DNA from: Rubrivivax sp.
GTDB lineage: Bacteria > Pseudomonadota > Gammaproteobacteria > Burkholderiales > Burkholderiaceae_C
Assembly: GCA_049242285.1 (NCBI GenBank)
Contig: JBMLPD010000472.1
Coordinates: 6,279 to 70,278, forward strand
DNA length: 64,000 nt
Reading direction: 5' to 3'
Shown: in pieces, positions 51,712-64,000 of the stretch
Layout: every line of letters begins with the position of its first letter
How positions within the stretch are numbered: position 1 is the stretch's first letter
Made by a program: the position numbers and the translations under genes
Notes under the pieces: model-generated
What the model was told of the DNA's origin: nothing
Databases searched by the model: none
The model's input: the letters and a program-made list of their open reading frames with translations, nothing else

Positions 51712-52432
51712 GGGTTGCGACCTTGCTGGGCTGGGACTCGGAGGACTCCGAAGCGTCGGAGGGCGTGGCGTCGTCTGGGGGGCTGAGGGCGCCTTCGGTT
51801 GCCTCCTGCTGAAGGCCGGCGGCCGCCCGGAAGATCGGAAGGTCCTCCAACAGCGCCAGACAGGACGCGGCGGCGTCAGGCGCCATCGGTGCCAGCACGG
51901 CTGCAGCTTCACCCGCCGTCGTGCCGCCTGCGACCTCAGGCAACTGATCCAGACGGGACAGGCCCAGATCGTCCAGGAACTGGCGCGTGGTGCCGTAGAG
52001 CGCGGGACGGCCTGGAGACTCGCGGTAACCGATGGACTCGATCCATCCCCGATCCTCCAGCTGCTTGACGATCTGGCTCGACACCACCACACCGCGGATG
52101 TCTTCGATGTCCCCACGTGTCACGGGCTGGCGGTAGGCGATGATCGCCAGCGTCTCCATGACCGCCCTGGAGTACCGGGGCGGCTTCTCAGGATGCAGGC
52201 GGTCCAGAAAGACCCGCATTTCAGGCCGGCTCTGAAACCGCCAGCCCGAGGACACCGACACCAGTTCCACCCCCTTGTCCGTCCAGTCCTGCGTCAGCTC
52301 CTGCAGCAATGCGGTCAGCGTGTCTGCGCTCAGCTGACCGTCGAACAACATCTGCAACTCGCGCAGGGGCACCGGTGCCTGCGAGCAGATCAAGGCGGTT
52401 TCGAGGACCCTTTTGGCGTCCGATGTGTTCAT
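51683..52432 (-). CDS. scpB: Segregation and condensation protein B
   Basis: [30 protein letters not shown].., ..[24 protein letters not shown]..; ORF 51683..52861 trimmed to ATG 52432. Confidence 0.9.
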   Translation of the reverse strand: MNTSDAKRVLETALICSQAPVPLRELQMLFDGQLSADTLTALLQELTQDWTDKGVELVSVSSGWRFQSRPEMRVFLDRLHPEKPPRYSRAVMETLAIIAYRQPVTRGDIEDIRGVVVSSQIVKQLEDRGWIESIGYRESPGRPALYGTTRQFLDDLGLSRLDQLPEVAGGTTAGEAAAVLAPMAPDAAASCLALLEDLPIFRAAAGLQQEATEGALSPPDDATPSDASESSESQPSKVATHEPDGSRND

Positions 52433-52707
52433 GTAGGGGTCACCCAAGGCGGCGAAAAAGAGCGCCGTTGCGGCCGTGGCCGGCCAGTCCAGGTCTTGTC
52501 GGCCACACGCCGGCAGGAAGGCGTCAAGGCCACGGGGCCTGCATGCAGCAGCGCTCACTGCGGACCCGTGCCGTTTCCTGATGCACAGGGCCGCAAGTGC
52601 CCGGCGCAGCACTCCAGCGACCCACAGCAGACAACCGAGGCGCGCACCCGCCCCGTCAGTCCTGATCTCCGATGGTCGGTAGTTTACGCTCTCGCAAGGG
52701 CAGTCCG

Positions 52708-53367
52708 TCAGACCGTCGGGGTTCTGGGCCCCAGGCCCAGCAGGAAGGTTTCGGCAGAACGGTCCCGCGAGGCCTTGGGCTTCACAGGCTTGACCACGCG
52801 GAAGCTGTCCTTGAACAACTTGACCAGCTGGCTGTAGCCACTGCCATGGAAGGCCTTGCACAACAGCGCGCCTTGCCCGCCCGTCTTCAGATGCCTGAGC
52901 GAGAACTCCACCGCCAGTTCCACCAGATGGGCCACCCGCGCGGCGTCGGATGACTCGATGCCCGACAGGTTAGGCGCCATGTCCGAGAGCACCACGTCCA
53001 CCGGGCGCCCCGCCAATTCACGCTCGAGCGCCTGCATGACTGCCTCCTCGCGAAAGTCACCCCGCACGAAGGTGACGCCCTCGATGGGCTCGAAGTCCAG
53101 GACATCCAGGGCGATGATGGTTCCCGCAAGTTCACCGGCGGCCGCTCCCGTGGGCGCGAACTTGCGGCGCACATACTGGCTCCATGCGCCCGGTGTGGCC
53201 CCGAGGTCCACCACCACCTGTCCCGGCCTCAGCAAGCCATGGGTCTCGTCGATCTCCTTGAGCTTGTAGGCGGCCCGCGCGCGGTAGCCCTCGCGCTGCG
53301 CCATCTTGACGTACGGGTCGGTGAGGTGGTCGTGCAGCCACGCCTTGTTCAGTCGCTTGCTCTTCAT
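52708..53367 (-). CDS. rlmE: 23S rRNA (uridine2552-2'-O)-methyltransferase RlmE (FtsJ)
   Basis: ..[45 protein letters not shown].. Confidence 0.95.
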   Translation of the reverse strand: MKSKRLNKAWLHDHLTDPYVKMAQREGYRARAAYKLKEIDETHGLLRPGQVVVDLGATPGAWSQYVRRKFAPTGAAAGELAGTIIALDVLDFEPIEGVTFVRGDFREEAVMQALERELAGRPVDVVLSDMAPNLSGIESSDAARVAHLVELAVEFSLRHLKTGGQGALLCKAFHGSGYSQLVKLFKDSFRVVKPVKPKASRDRSAETFLLGLGPRTPTV

Positions 53368-53387
53368 GCCAGGTCGATAATAAGAGG

Positions 53388-53861
53388 ATGCCAGCCATCC
53401 CGTTGACGCCCGCCGAACGTCGCCGCCTGCGCGCCGACGCCCATCACCTGCACCCTGTGGTGGTCATTGGGGCAGAGGGCCTGACCGATGCCGTCCGCAA
53501 GGAGGCCGACGCCGCCCTGAACGCCCACGGCCTGATCAAGCTCAGGGTGTTTTCCGACATCCGCGAGACGCGCGAGCACATCCTGGTCTGCCTGTCGGAT
53601 GAACTGGGCGCTGCCGCGGTTCAGCACATAGGAAAACTGCTGGTCCTGTGGCGGCCGCTGCCGGAAAAGCCCAGGGAAACGCGCGAAGACCGACTACCCG
53701 GTCCGCGCGTCGTGAAGCTGGTGTCCTTTTCCAAGAGCGGCAACCACCGCGCAACGGTCAAGAAGGTCAAGGTTCTGGGCAATGAACGGGTCACACCGGG
53801 CGGGACCATCAAGCGCAAAGAGGTGCGCCAGGTGAGCCCCAAGAAGAAAGCCGCAGACTAG
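53388..53861 (+). CDS. yhbY: YhbY-family (CRM domain) RNA-binding protein with basic C-terminal extension
   Basis: ..[39 protein letters not shown]..; divergent from rlmE, as in E. coli. Carries an extra ~55-aa Lys/Arg-rich tail. Confidence 0.85.
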   Translation: MPAIPLTPAERRRLRADAHHLHPVVVIGAEGLTDAVRKEADAALNAHGLIKLRVFSDIRETREHILVCLSDELGAAAVQHIGKLLVLWRPLPEKPRETREDRLPGPRVVKLVSFSKSGNHRATVKKVKVLGNERVTPGGTIKRKEVRQVSPKKKAAD

Positions 53862-53870
53862 TCGCAGACC

Positions 53871-54347
53871 TCAGACATAGCGCACGGCCATGATCTCGTA
53901 GCTCTTGATCCCGCCGGGTGCTCGCACGTCGGCCACATCTCCTTCGCCTTTGCCGATCAGTGCCCGGGCAATCGGGCTGGAGATGGAGATGAGGCCCAGC
54001 TTGAGGTCGGCCTCATCGTCGCCCACGATCTGGTAGGTGACGCGGGCGCCTGTGGCCTCTTCTTCCAGATCCACCGTCGCCCCGAAGACCACCCGGCCTT
54101 CGGCGTGGAGCGTGGCGGGATCGATCACTTGCGCCGCGGCCAGCTTGCCCTCGATTTCCAGGATGCGGCCCTCGATGAAGCCCTGCTTGTCCTTGGCTGC
54201 ATCATATTCAGCGTTCTCAGACAGATCACCCTGTGCGCGGGCCTCGGCAATGGCCTGGATGACGGCGTGCCGGTCGACGGTCTTGAGGCGGTGCAGCTCC
54301 TCTTTCAGCTTGTCGGCGCCGCGTCGGGTCAGGGGTATGGTGCTCAT
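53871..54347 (-). CDS. greA: Transcription elongation factor GreA
   Basis: [52 protein letters not shown].. Confidence 0.97.
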   Translation of the reverse strand: MSTIPLTRRGADKLKEELHRLKTVDRHAVIQAIAEARAQGDLSENAEYDAAKDKQGFIEGRILEIEGKLAAAQVIDPATLHAEGRVVFGATVDLEEEATGARVTYQIVGDDEADLKLGLISISSPIARALIGKGEGDVADVRAPGGIKSYEIMAVRYV

Positions 54348-54365
54348 GGGTCTGTCGTGGTGCAG

Positions 54366-54409
54366 TGCAATGAAAACCGCCGCAGGGACCTTGCGGTCTG
54401 CTGCGGCGG
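54366..54409 (-). terminator. Rho-independent terminator between carB and greA (also lies within the putative greA leader)
   Basis: Minus strand: CCGCCGCAG-ca-GACC-gcaa-GGTC-c-CTGCGGCGG followed by UUUUCAUU. It starts 43 nt after the carB stop and ends ~20 nt before the greA ATG. Confidence 0.7.
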
Positions 54410-54423
54410 CGATACCAGACTGA

Positions 54424-54429
54424 AGTGTA
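54424..54429 (-). promoter_or_regulatory. -10-like hexamer TACACT upstream of the greA leader hairpin
   Basis: Forward agtgta, 14 nt upstream of the terminator stem and 77 nt upstream of the greA ATG. Confidence 0.3.
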
Positions 54430-54451
54430 GATCAGCAGCGAGCAAACCCGC

Positions 54452-57686
<3,235 letters not shown>

Positions 57687-57694
<8 letters not shown>

Positions 57695-58859
57695 GCAAAC
57701 GCTCCGCAGAGTGTTGGGCCATCAGGGCCGTGAAGCGGTCGAACAGGGGAGCGATGTCGTGCGGCCCGGGAGACGCCTCGGGGTGCCCCTGGAAACAGAA
57801 GGCGGGTCTGTCCGTTCTGGCCAGCCCTTGCAGGGTGCCGTCGAAAAGGCTGCGGTGCGTGGCGCGCAGGTTGGGCGGCAGGCTGGCCTCGTCCACGGCA
57901 AACCCATGGTTCTGGCTGGTGATGCTGACGCGGCCGCTGTCCAGGTCCTGGACCGGGTGGTTGGCGCCGTGGTGGCCAAACTTCATCTTGAAGGTACGGG
58001 CACCGCAGGCCAGGGCCATGATCTGATGGCCCAGACAGATGCCGAGGGTCGGCAAGCCGGCATCCATCAGGCTGCGTGCAGCTGCGATGGCGTAATCACA
58101 AGGCTGCGGGTCACCCGGTCCGTTGCTGAGAAACACGCCGTCCGGGCGCAAGGCCAGGACTTCGGCTGCCGGGGTTCGGGCCGGCACCACCGTCACGCGG
58201 CAGCCCCGGCTGGCCAGCATGCGCAAGATGTTGAACTTGACGCCAAAGTCATAGGCGACAACGTGGAATCGAGGGTCGGACAAGACGCCGTAACCGGCTC
58301 CCAACACCCACTCGGTCTGGTTCCACTCGTACGGTTGTTCGACCGAAACCTCCTGCGCGAGGTCCTGCCCCGCCATCGAGGGCGCGGCACGGGCCCGCGC
58401 CACCGCAGCGTCGAGGTCCGCCTGGCAGACGCGGTGCCCTGCAGGAAAGGTCGTGATGCAGCCGTTTTGCGCGCCAGTGGACCGCAGGTGCCGCGTCAGG
58501 CGCCGCGTGTCCACCTCGGCGATGGCCACGGTACTTTCCTGGCGCAGGTACCGGTCCAGGGTGAGCGACTGTCGGAAGTTGGAAGAACGAAGCGGCAGGT
58601 TCCGGATCACCAGCCCGGCGGCATGGACGCTGCGCGCCTCCACGTCCTCGGGGTTGACCCCGTAGTTGCCGATATGAGGGTAGGTCAGCGTGACGATCTG
58701 ACGGCGATAGCTCGGGTCGGTCAGGATTTCCTGATAACCGGTCAGGGCGGTGTTGAAGACCACCTCTCCAGTCGTCGAGCCTGCGGAGCCGATCGAAATG
58801 CCCCGGAAGATGGTGCCATCCGTGAGAGCGAGAACGGCAGGCGGCAGGTCGGGCAGCAA
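57687..58859 (-). CDS. carA: Carbamoyl-phosphate synthase small subunit
   Basis: ..[36 protein letters not shown].., GATase ..LGICLGHQ... Start placed at TTG 58859, 6 nt after GGAG. The ORF itself opens with TTG 58940. The stop overlaps the carB start by 8 nt. Confidence 0.93.
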
Positions 58860-58973
58860 GAAAAACTCCGGTTTGCGCACACCCAGCCGCACCCGCCGGC
58901 CCGTGGGCAGACAGGGCGTCGAGGGGGAAACCGTGTACAAGTTTCGCTGGCGTGTGGCTGGTTTCAGGTAAAC

Positions 58974-59004
58974 CCATCAAGTATAGCTTCGCGCACCTTG
59001 ATGG
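58974..59004 (-). promoter_or_regulatory. 8-bp perfect inverted repeat overlapping a TATACT hexamer upstream of carA
   Basis: CCATCAAG-N15-CTTGATGG. Minus-strand TATACT at 58985..58980 lies inside the element, ~120 nt upstream of the carA start. Confidence 0.35.
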
Positions 59005-59211
59005 ACGGTGAAGGAAGACGTTTCGCCGGGGCTGACCGGCGTCGCAGCGCGATGCCGTCCTGAGAAGCACTTATGGCCTGCGGGCCATACCACCGATGCC
59101 CAGCGTGCTGGGCGCGTGGGTGGGCGCTTTGGGGGCGAGAAGGACTGGGATCGTTCAGGGGCGCGTCAGTCTCACGGCGAAGTCAGAGTCCCCGCAAGGG
59201 GCCTTCATCGT

Positions 59212-60612
59212 TCATGGTGCGGGACGGTCCGTCACCCGTTCGAAGACCGCGATGCTCTCCACATGCGCGGTGTGGGGGAACATGTTGATGACCCCCGCGT
59301 GCGTGCAGGTGTAGCCTGCCTGGTGAACCAGCAGGCCGGCATCACGCGCCAGGCTGGCCGGGTTGCAACTGACATAGACGATCCTGCGGGGCGCCTGCCA
59401 TTGTTCGGCATCCGTGACCGGACGCATGGCTTCACGCGGTCGGCCCTGCGCATCGGCCAAGGCCTTGACAAGCGCGAAAGCGCCCTCCCGGGGCGGGTCG
59501 ATGAGCCAGCCCTCGGCCCTGCCCTGGGCCAGCAACTCAGCCGCATCCAGCTCAAACAGATTGCGCGCTTCAAAGCTGAGCTTCTCAGCCAGCCCGTTCA
59601 ATGCGCCGTTGGCTTGCGCCCGTGCGACCAGCGTCTGGCTGCCCTCGATGCCATGGACCTGGCGTGCCATGCGGGCCAGCGGCAATGTGAAATTGCCCAG
59701 GCCGCAGAACCAGTCGATCACCCGGTCTGAAGGCTTGGGCGCCAGCAGGCGAAGGGCCTGCGCCACCATCACCCTGTTGATGGACGGATTCACCTGCGTG
59801 AAGTCGGTGGGCTTGAAGGGCATGGTCACGCCGAATTCCGGCAAGCCGTAGGCCAGTTGCGCCTGCTGGCCTGCCGGATCCAACCGGTGGACGGTGTCGG
59901 GCCCGCCAGGCTGCAGCCACCACTGCACGTGGTGGGCCGACGCAAATGCCCTCAGGCGGTCGACATCAGCAGCAGTCATGGGCTCCAGATGGCGCAGAAC
60001 CAGCGCGGTCACGGTGTCACCCATGGCCAGTTCGATCTGGGGCAGCCGGTCACGCTGGTCCATCGAGGCGATCAACTCGCGCAGCGGCAACAGCATCGCG
60101 CTGACATGCGGGGGCAACACCGGACAGGCCGACATGTCGGCCACGTAGCGCGACTTGCGCTCATGGAAGCCGATGAGCACCTGGCCCTTCTTCATCACAT
60201 GCCGCACGGACAGGCGCGCCCGGTACCGGTAACCCCAGACGGGACCGTGGATGGGCCTGAGCATCTGCCCAGGGCGCACCTTGCCCAGGTGCCAGAGGTT
60301 GTCCTCCAGCACCCGCTGCTTGACGGCCACCTGGGCGTCCGGGTGAAGGTGCTGCACCTTGCAGCCACCACAGGCACCGGCATGCAGCCCGAAGTGGGAA
60401 CACGCCGGCTTCACGCGCTGCGGACTCTCCTTCACAAGAGACAACAGCTGGCCTTGCTCCCACTGGTTCTTGCGGCGATGGACTTGTACCGTCACCCGCT
60501 CGAACGGCAGGGCCCCCTCTATGAACACCACCTTGCCGTCCGGGCGCCGGGCAACCCCCTGCCCTTCAAGATCCAGCGATTCAATATCCAGGGGAAGCGG
60601 TGTGTCCTGCAT
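59212..60612 (-). CDS. rlmD: 23S rRNA (uracil1939-C5)-methyltransferase RlmD
   Basis: TRAM N-domain, Fe-S Cys cluster ..[18 protein letters not shown].., and a SAM-MTase C-terminal domain (..[16 protein letters not shown]..). ATG 60612; the ORF opens with TTG 60639. Confidence 0.9.
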   Translation of the reverse strand: MQDTPLPLDIESLDLEGQGVARRPDGKVVFIEGALPFERVTVQVHRRKNQWEQGQLLSLVKESPQRVKPACSHFGLHAGACGGCKVQHLHPDAQVAVKQRVLEDNLWHLGKVRPGQMLRPIHGPVWGYRYRARLSVRHVMKKGQVLIGFHERKSRYVADMSACPVLPPHVSAMLLPLRELIASMDQRDRLPQIELAMGDTVTALVLRHLEPMTAADVDRLRAFASAHHVQWWLQPGGPDTVHRLDPAGQQAQLAYGLPEFGVTMPFKPTDFTQVNPSINRVMVAQALRLLAPKPSDRVIDWFCGLGNFTLPLARMARQVHGIEGSQTLVARAQANGALNGLAEKLSFEARNLFELDAAELLAQGRAEGWLIDPPREGAFALVKALADAQGRPREAMRPVTDAEQWQAPRRIVYVSCNPASLARDAGLLVHQAGYTCTHAGVINMFPHTAHVESIAVFERVTDRPAP

Positions 60613-60629
60613 CGCTTCATTATCAGACC

Positions 60630-60663
60630 CCGAATGCAAGAAGCCGCCTCATGGGCGGCTTCT
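60630..60663 (-). terminator. Terminator candidate after the substrate-binding-protein gene
   Basis: Perfect 10-bp stem AGAAGCCGCC-tcatg-GGCGGCTTCT (60639..60663). The minus-strand tail is UGCAUUCG. It lies 43 nt after the stop at 60706. Confidence 0.45.
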
Positions 60664-60705
60664 GCATCCACGCGCCCGGCACAGGCGCGCATCAGCTGCG
60701 CAGCG

Positions 60706-61884
60706 TCACTCCTTGGGTGGCTCGGAGTACTCGGACACCACTTTCCAGCGCGCGTCCTGCAGTTGCGACAGGCGGAAGGCGTTGCTGCCCAGACGCTTCT
60801 GGGGCCCGAACCGGGCTTCGGCACTGCCGAAGATGTCGGACGGTACCGTCATCGTGTCCATGGCCTTGATGAAACTGTCGGTTGTCAGCGCAGGACCGGC
60901 CTTCTGCATGGCGCGCACGAAGGTGTTGACGATGATGTAACCGTAGGCCGAAAAGACGGTGGGGTCCTCGTTGAACTTGGTCTTGTACTTGTTGGCCCAG
61001 AAGCGCAAGGGCTGGGAAGCCTCGTCCAGGTACGGGTTCTGCACCGTCATGGTGGCATACAGGCCATCCATCGCCTTGCCGCCCAGCCTGTGAATCAAAT
61101 CGGTATAGGCGGCGCTGCTGCCCAGGAATGTCGGATTGAAGCCCGTCTTGCGGCTCTCCGCGATGGTGCCTATGGTCTCGCGGATGATGGTGCCCAGCAC
61201 CACCAGGTCGCAGCCCGACGCCTTCATCTTCGCCACCTGGGACGAAAAATCCGTGGCACCCCGCTTGTAGGTCGTCTTCTCGGAAAAGGCCATGCCCAGG
61301 GTCTTCAGGCCTGCCTCGCCCCCACGCATCACCTCCAGGCCGAACTCGTCGTCCTGGTAGAGGGTGCAGACCTTCTTGGCATTCTTCTCCTTGATCAGCT
61401 TGGGCAGTGCACCCCGAATCTGATCGTAGTAGGTGGCCGCAAACGAGTACTTCAGGCGGTGGAAGGGCTCGTACATCTCGCGCGCGGCCGTCACGGGAAA
61501 GAAGTTGATGACATTCTTCTCGAATTGGATCGGCATGGCCGCCATGTTCTGCGCCGTGCCGATGTGGCCCAGCACCGCGAAGACCTTGTCCTGGTTCACC
61601 AATTTCTGGGCGGCCAGCGCAGCCTTGCGGGGGTCATAGGCGGAATCTTCGACGACGATCTTGAGCTTGCGGCCGTTCACGCCGCCTTGCTCGTTGACCT
61701 CGTCCACAGCCAGCAGCAGGCCGTTGCGCACCTGCTTGCCGAACCCGGCGAGGGGACCTGAGAGGTCCTGGATCGAGCCGAGCAACACCTCTGCCTTGTT
61801 CACGCCCTGAGAGGCCTGTGCCCAGGTGACAGTGGAGGCAACAGCCAGTGCAATCCCGGCGGCGAACCTCTGGGTGGAATTCAT
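60706..61884 (-). CDS. ABC transporter substrate-binding protein (branched-chain amino acid / type I PBP family), orphan
   Basis: Signal peptide MNSTQRFAAGIALAVASTVTWAQA, then ..LLGSIQDLSGPLAGFGKQVRNGLLLAVDEVNEQGGVNGRKL... ORF trimmed to ATG 61884, which is preceded by AAGGAG. No permease or ATPase genes are adjacent. Confidence 0.9.
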   Translation of the reverse strand: MNSTQRFAAGIALAVASTVTWAQASQGVNKAEVLLGSIQDLSGPLAGFGKQVRNGLLLAVDEVNEQGGVNGRKLKIVVEDSAYDPRKAALAAQKLVNQDKVFAVLGHIGTAQNMAAMPIQFEKNVINFFPVTAAREMYEPFHRLKYSFAATYYDQIRGALPKLIKEKNAKKVCTLYQDDEFGLEVMRGGEAGLKTLGMAFSEKTTYKRGATDFSSQVAKMKASGCDLVVLGTIIRETIGTIAESRKTGFNPTFLGSSAAYTDLIHRLGGKAMDGLYATMTVQNPYLDEASQPLRFWANKYKTKFNEDPTVFSAYGYIIVNTFVRAMQKAGPALTTDSFIKAMDTMTVPSDIFGSAEARFGPQKRLGSNAFRLSQLQDARWKVVSEYSEPPKE

Positions 61885-62024
61885 CTGCGGTCTCCTTGAA
61901 ACGTCGTCGGGCGATATGCCCTTGAAGCAACTCCTGCATGCTATCGCCATCGCGGCGGCCAGCATCTTCTCGAAAACGCTGAGCCCCAGCGCTCTGGGGT
62001 CATTTCGCCCCGCAGGCACAACGG

Positions 62025-63035
62025 TCATCGGGCGGGCAGCAAGCGTGCGGGATCAACCGGCTTGCCCAGGCGACGGATCTCGAAGTGCAGCTTGACCCGG
62101 TCGGCATCGCTGGACCCCATCTCCGCGATCTTCTGCCCGCGGCGCACCGCCTGCTCCTCCTTGACCAGCAAAGCCTGGTTGTGCGCGTAGGCCGTCAGAA
62201 AGGTGTTGTTGTGTTTCACGATCACGAGGTTGCCGTAGCCGCGCAGGCCCGCGCCCGCATAGACCACCCGGCCATCGGCCGCCGCGAACACAGGATCGCC
62301 CGCCTTGCCCAGGATGGACAAACCCTTGACGCCACGCGCCTCGTCGAAGGGCGTGGACACCGCCCCAGCCGCCGGCCAGGCCCAGTCGACGGCATCGTCA
62401 CCCGTGCGCGCAGCAGCAGACGGGCTGCCAACAGAGGCTCCAACGACAGCGGTTGCCCCAGGCACTGCGGTCTGCGCGGCACTTGCGGGCGATGCAGGGG
62501 ATGCCGTGGACACGGCAGCGTCGGCAGCGCGGGGGTCCAGCGCACGGCTTTCCACTCGCCCGGCAGCCTGCACGGGCCTGGCGACAGCCGCACCGGGTTC
62601 CTGACCCGGCGCCACCACGCGAAGGACCTGCCCCACCTCGATGAGATTGGGGTTCTGGATGCCGTTCCAGCGGACGATGTCTCGCCAGTTCTGACCCGTG
62701 TCCAGCCCGATCCTGATCAAGGTGTCACCCGGCTTGACCACGTAACTGCCGGGTGGAGGCAGCGTCACACCGGCATCGGCGCTGCCCGCTGGGGGCGAGG
62801 CCGCAGGACCAGCCGTCGGAGGCGCTGCCGGTGGCGCAGTCGGCGCCTGTGAGGCAGGCTGCGCGGCGGGCCTGGGCGCCCCAGGCGCTGGAGCGGGGCG
62901 CGTCGAAGGGCCGGTCGTCATCCGCTCCTCCACGGGCGCACGCCCAGAGGTGCTCGAGCAGGCGGCCAACACGGCCGCCAGGGTCAAAGGCAGCCCGATG
63001 CGCCCGGCTTGGAGGAGGGATGCAGCGATGTTCAC
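62025..63035 (-). CDS. nlpD: Murein hydrolase activator NlpD (LysM + M23 lipoprotein)
   Basis: Lipobox ..LAACSS.., Pro/Ala-rich linker, LysM ..[13 protein letters not shown].., and an M23 C-terminal domain. The GTG start overlaps the pcm stop. Confidence 0.9.
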   Translation of the reverse strand: MNIAASLLQAGRIGLPLTLAAVLAACSSTSGRAPVEERMTTGPSTRPAPAPGAPRPAAQPASQAPTAPPAAPPTAGPAASPPAGSADAGVTLPPPGSYVVKPGDTLIRIGLDTGQNWRDIVRWNGIQNPNLIEVGQVLRVVAPGQEPGAAVARPVQAAGRVESRALDPRAADAAVSTASPASPASAAQTAVPGATAVVGASVGSPSAAARTGDDAVDWAWPAAGAVSTPFDEARGVKGLSILGKAGDPVFAAADGRVVYAGAGLRGYGNLVIVKHNNTFLTAYAHNQALLVKEEQAVRRGQKIAEMGSSDADRVKLHFEIRRLGKPVDPARLLPAR

Positions 63036-63889
63036 AGCGTGCCGGATTCTAGAGGTACGAAATGAACGCCATCGTGCACGCTGCGGTGCCAGCCAGACGC
63101 ATCCCTGTCGATGACCACCAGCACCTGGCCCCCATGGGCCGCGCTGTGGGTGGGAGCCACCAGTCGGCCGCCCAAGGCCAGTTGTTCAAGCCAGGGGGCG
63201 GGCACATCCTCACCCCCTGCTGCGGCGATGATCGCGTCGAAGGGCGCGGAAGGCGCGTGCCCAAGGCGCCCGTCGGCAAACAACAACCGCGCCTGCGACA
63301 AGCCCAGCGCAAGCAAGGTGGTCTTGGCCCGCTCATGCAAGGGCTGGATGCGCTCGATGGACGTCAAACGGCGGGCCATCATCGCCAGCACGGCAGCCTG
63401 GTAGCCGCAACCTGTTCCGATCTCCAGCACATGCCGAAACGGCGGGCCCGCCAGCGGCTGCGGTGGCTGCGGCCTGTGCAGCAGCAGGCTGATCATCCGC
63501 GCCACCACGGTGGGCTTGGAAATCGTCTGTCCGTGACCGATGGGCAGACTGGTGTCCTCATAGGCCTGGATCGCCAGGGCAGAGTCGACGAACAAGTGGC
63601 GCGGCACACGCGCCATCGCCTCCAGGACCGCGGCATCGATCGCCACAGGCCCCTGACGCAGGCGTTCGATCATGCGCAGCCGGACGGCCTCGGAGTCCAA
63701 ACCCAGCCCGACAGGCACGTCGCGGTGCAGAGCGGACGCGGCCGCCTCCCGCAGGAGCCGCTGCGGCCTGAGCAGTTCCTGCGCACTTTGCGGCTGAGCA
63801 TCCGACCTTGACGCAAGGGACGCAGGGAAACGTCCGGGCCGCTGCGGCGTCGACGCCACGTTCAGCGCACCTGCAGTCCGCTGGCCCAC
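63032..63889 (-). CDS. pcm: Protein-L-isoaspartate O-methyltransferase
   Basis: ..[32 protein letters not shown].., ..[16 protein letters not shown]... The ORF opens with GTG 63889, inside the surE end. GTG 63859, just past the surE stop, is an alternative. Confidence 0.9.
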   Translation of the reverse strand: MGQRTAGALNVASTPQRPGRFPASLASRSDAQPQSAQELLRPQRLLREAAASALHRDVPVGLGLDSEAVRLRMIERLRQGPVAIDAAVLEAMARVPRHLFVDSALAIQAYEDTSLPIGHGQTISKPTVVARMISLLLHRPQPPQPLAGPPFRHVLEIGTGCGYQAAVLAMMARRLTSIERIQPLHERAKTTLLALGLSQARLLFADGRLGHAPSAPFDAIIAAAGGEDVPAPWLEQLALGGRLVAPTHSAAHGGQVLVVIDRDASGWHRSVHDGVHFVPLESGTL

Positions 63890-64000
63890 TGGCCCAGCCG
63901 GGCGTGATCGGTCAGGTCGACCTGCAGCGGGGTGATCGACACCTGCCCGTTGGCCGTGGCGTGGAAGTCGGTGCCCTCGCCTGCGTCCCGGGCATCGCCG
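63862..64000 (-). CDS. surE: 5'/3'-nucleotidase SurE (C-terminal fragment; continues beyond the window)
   Basis: Hand translation of the minus strand: ..[37 protein letters not shown]-stop (45 codons, stop at 63862..63864). Canonical surE-pcm-nlpD order. Confidence 0.8.
   Translation of the reverse strand, partial: GDARDAGEGTDFHATANGQVSITPLQVDLTDHARLGQWASGLQVR

Noticed and set aside
52309-52682. Plus-strand ORFs 52309..52581 (90 aa) and 52476..52682 (68 aa) in or near the rlmE-scpB gap
   Set aside because: The translations are Arg/Pro/Ala-rich, with no SD or motif, and they partly overlap scpB antisense. They are not credible genes. The gap is reported as non-coding instead.

Overview
This 64-kb window is visibly GC-rich (roughly two-thirds G+C by eye) and consists almost entirely of housekeeping genes. 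Gene content and order look betaproteobacterial (Burkholderiales/Comamonadaceae-like); that taxonomic call is inference from protein sequences and synteny. I can support 63 protein-coding genes (one partial) and one tRNA. Of the CDS, 59 are on the minus strand; only smpB, ppsR, nnr, yhbY and tRNA-Leu are on the plus strand. Recognisable blocks, by increasing coordinate: rnfH-ratA / smpB; metC-rimO-phaR; rplI-rpsR-priB-rpsF; a DUF4212 + sodium:solute symporter pair; a TPR + small membrane protein pair; ppsA/ppsR; the trmH-rnhB-lpxB-lpxA-fabZ-lpxD-skp-bamA-rseP-dxr-cdsA-uppS-frr-pyrH-tsf-rpsB array; nnr; rnr; tRNA-Leu(CAG); PRTase-purA-hisZ-DUF2065-hflC-hflK-hflX-hfq-der-bamB-yfgM-hisS-ispG-rodZ-pilW-rlmN-ndk; rluB-scpB; rlmE/yhbY; greA-carB-carA; rlmD; an orphan ABC substrate-binding protein; nlpD-pcm-surE(partial). 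I saw no transposase, integrase, phage, CRISPR, toxin or defence-like genes and no compositional island. The many long ORFs antisense to real genes are the usual high-GC artefact. The ORF track translates GTG/TTG starts as M, so several starts were re-derived by hand. I found no convincing novel multi-gene system. The best leads are small-scale: (1) RNase R has no canonical start codon between its first conserved domain and an antisense tRNA-Leu gene; (2) the symporter carries a ~130-residue Ala/Lys/Glu-rich insertion and sits next to an uncharacterised, translationally coupled membrane-protein/TPR pair; (3) RluB is doubled in size by disordered tails, with a triplicated [12 protein letters not shown] motif; (4) several structured or palindromic regulatory candidates lie at ppsR, greA, carA and rpsB.
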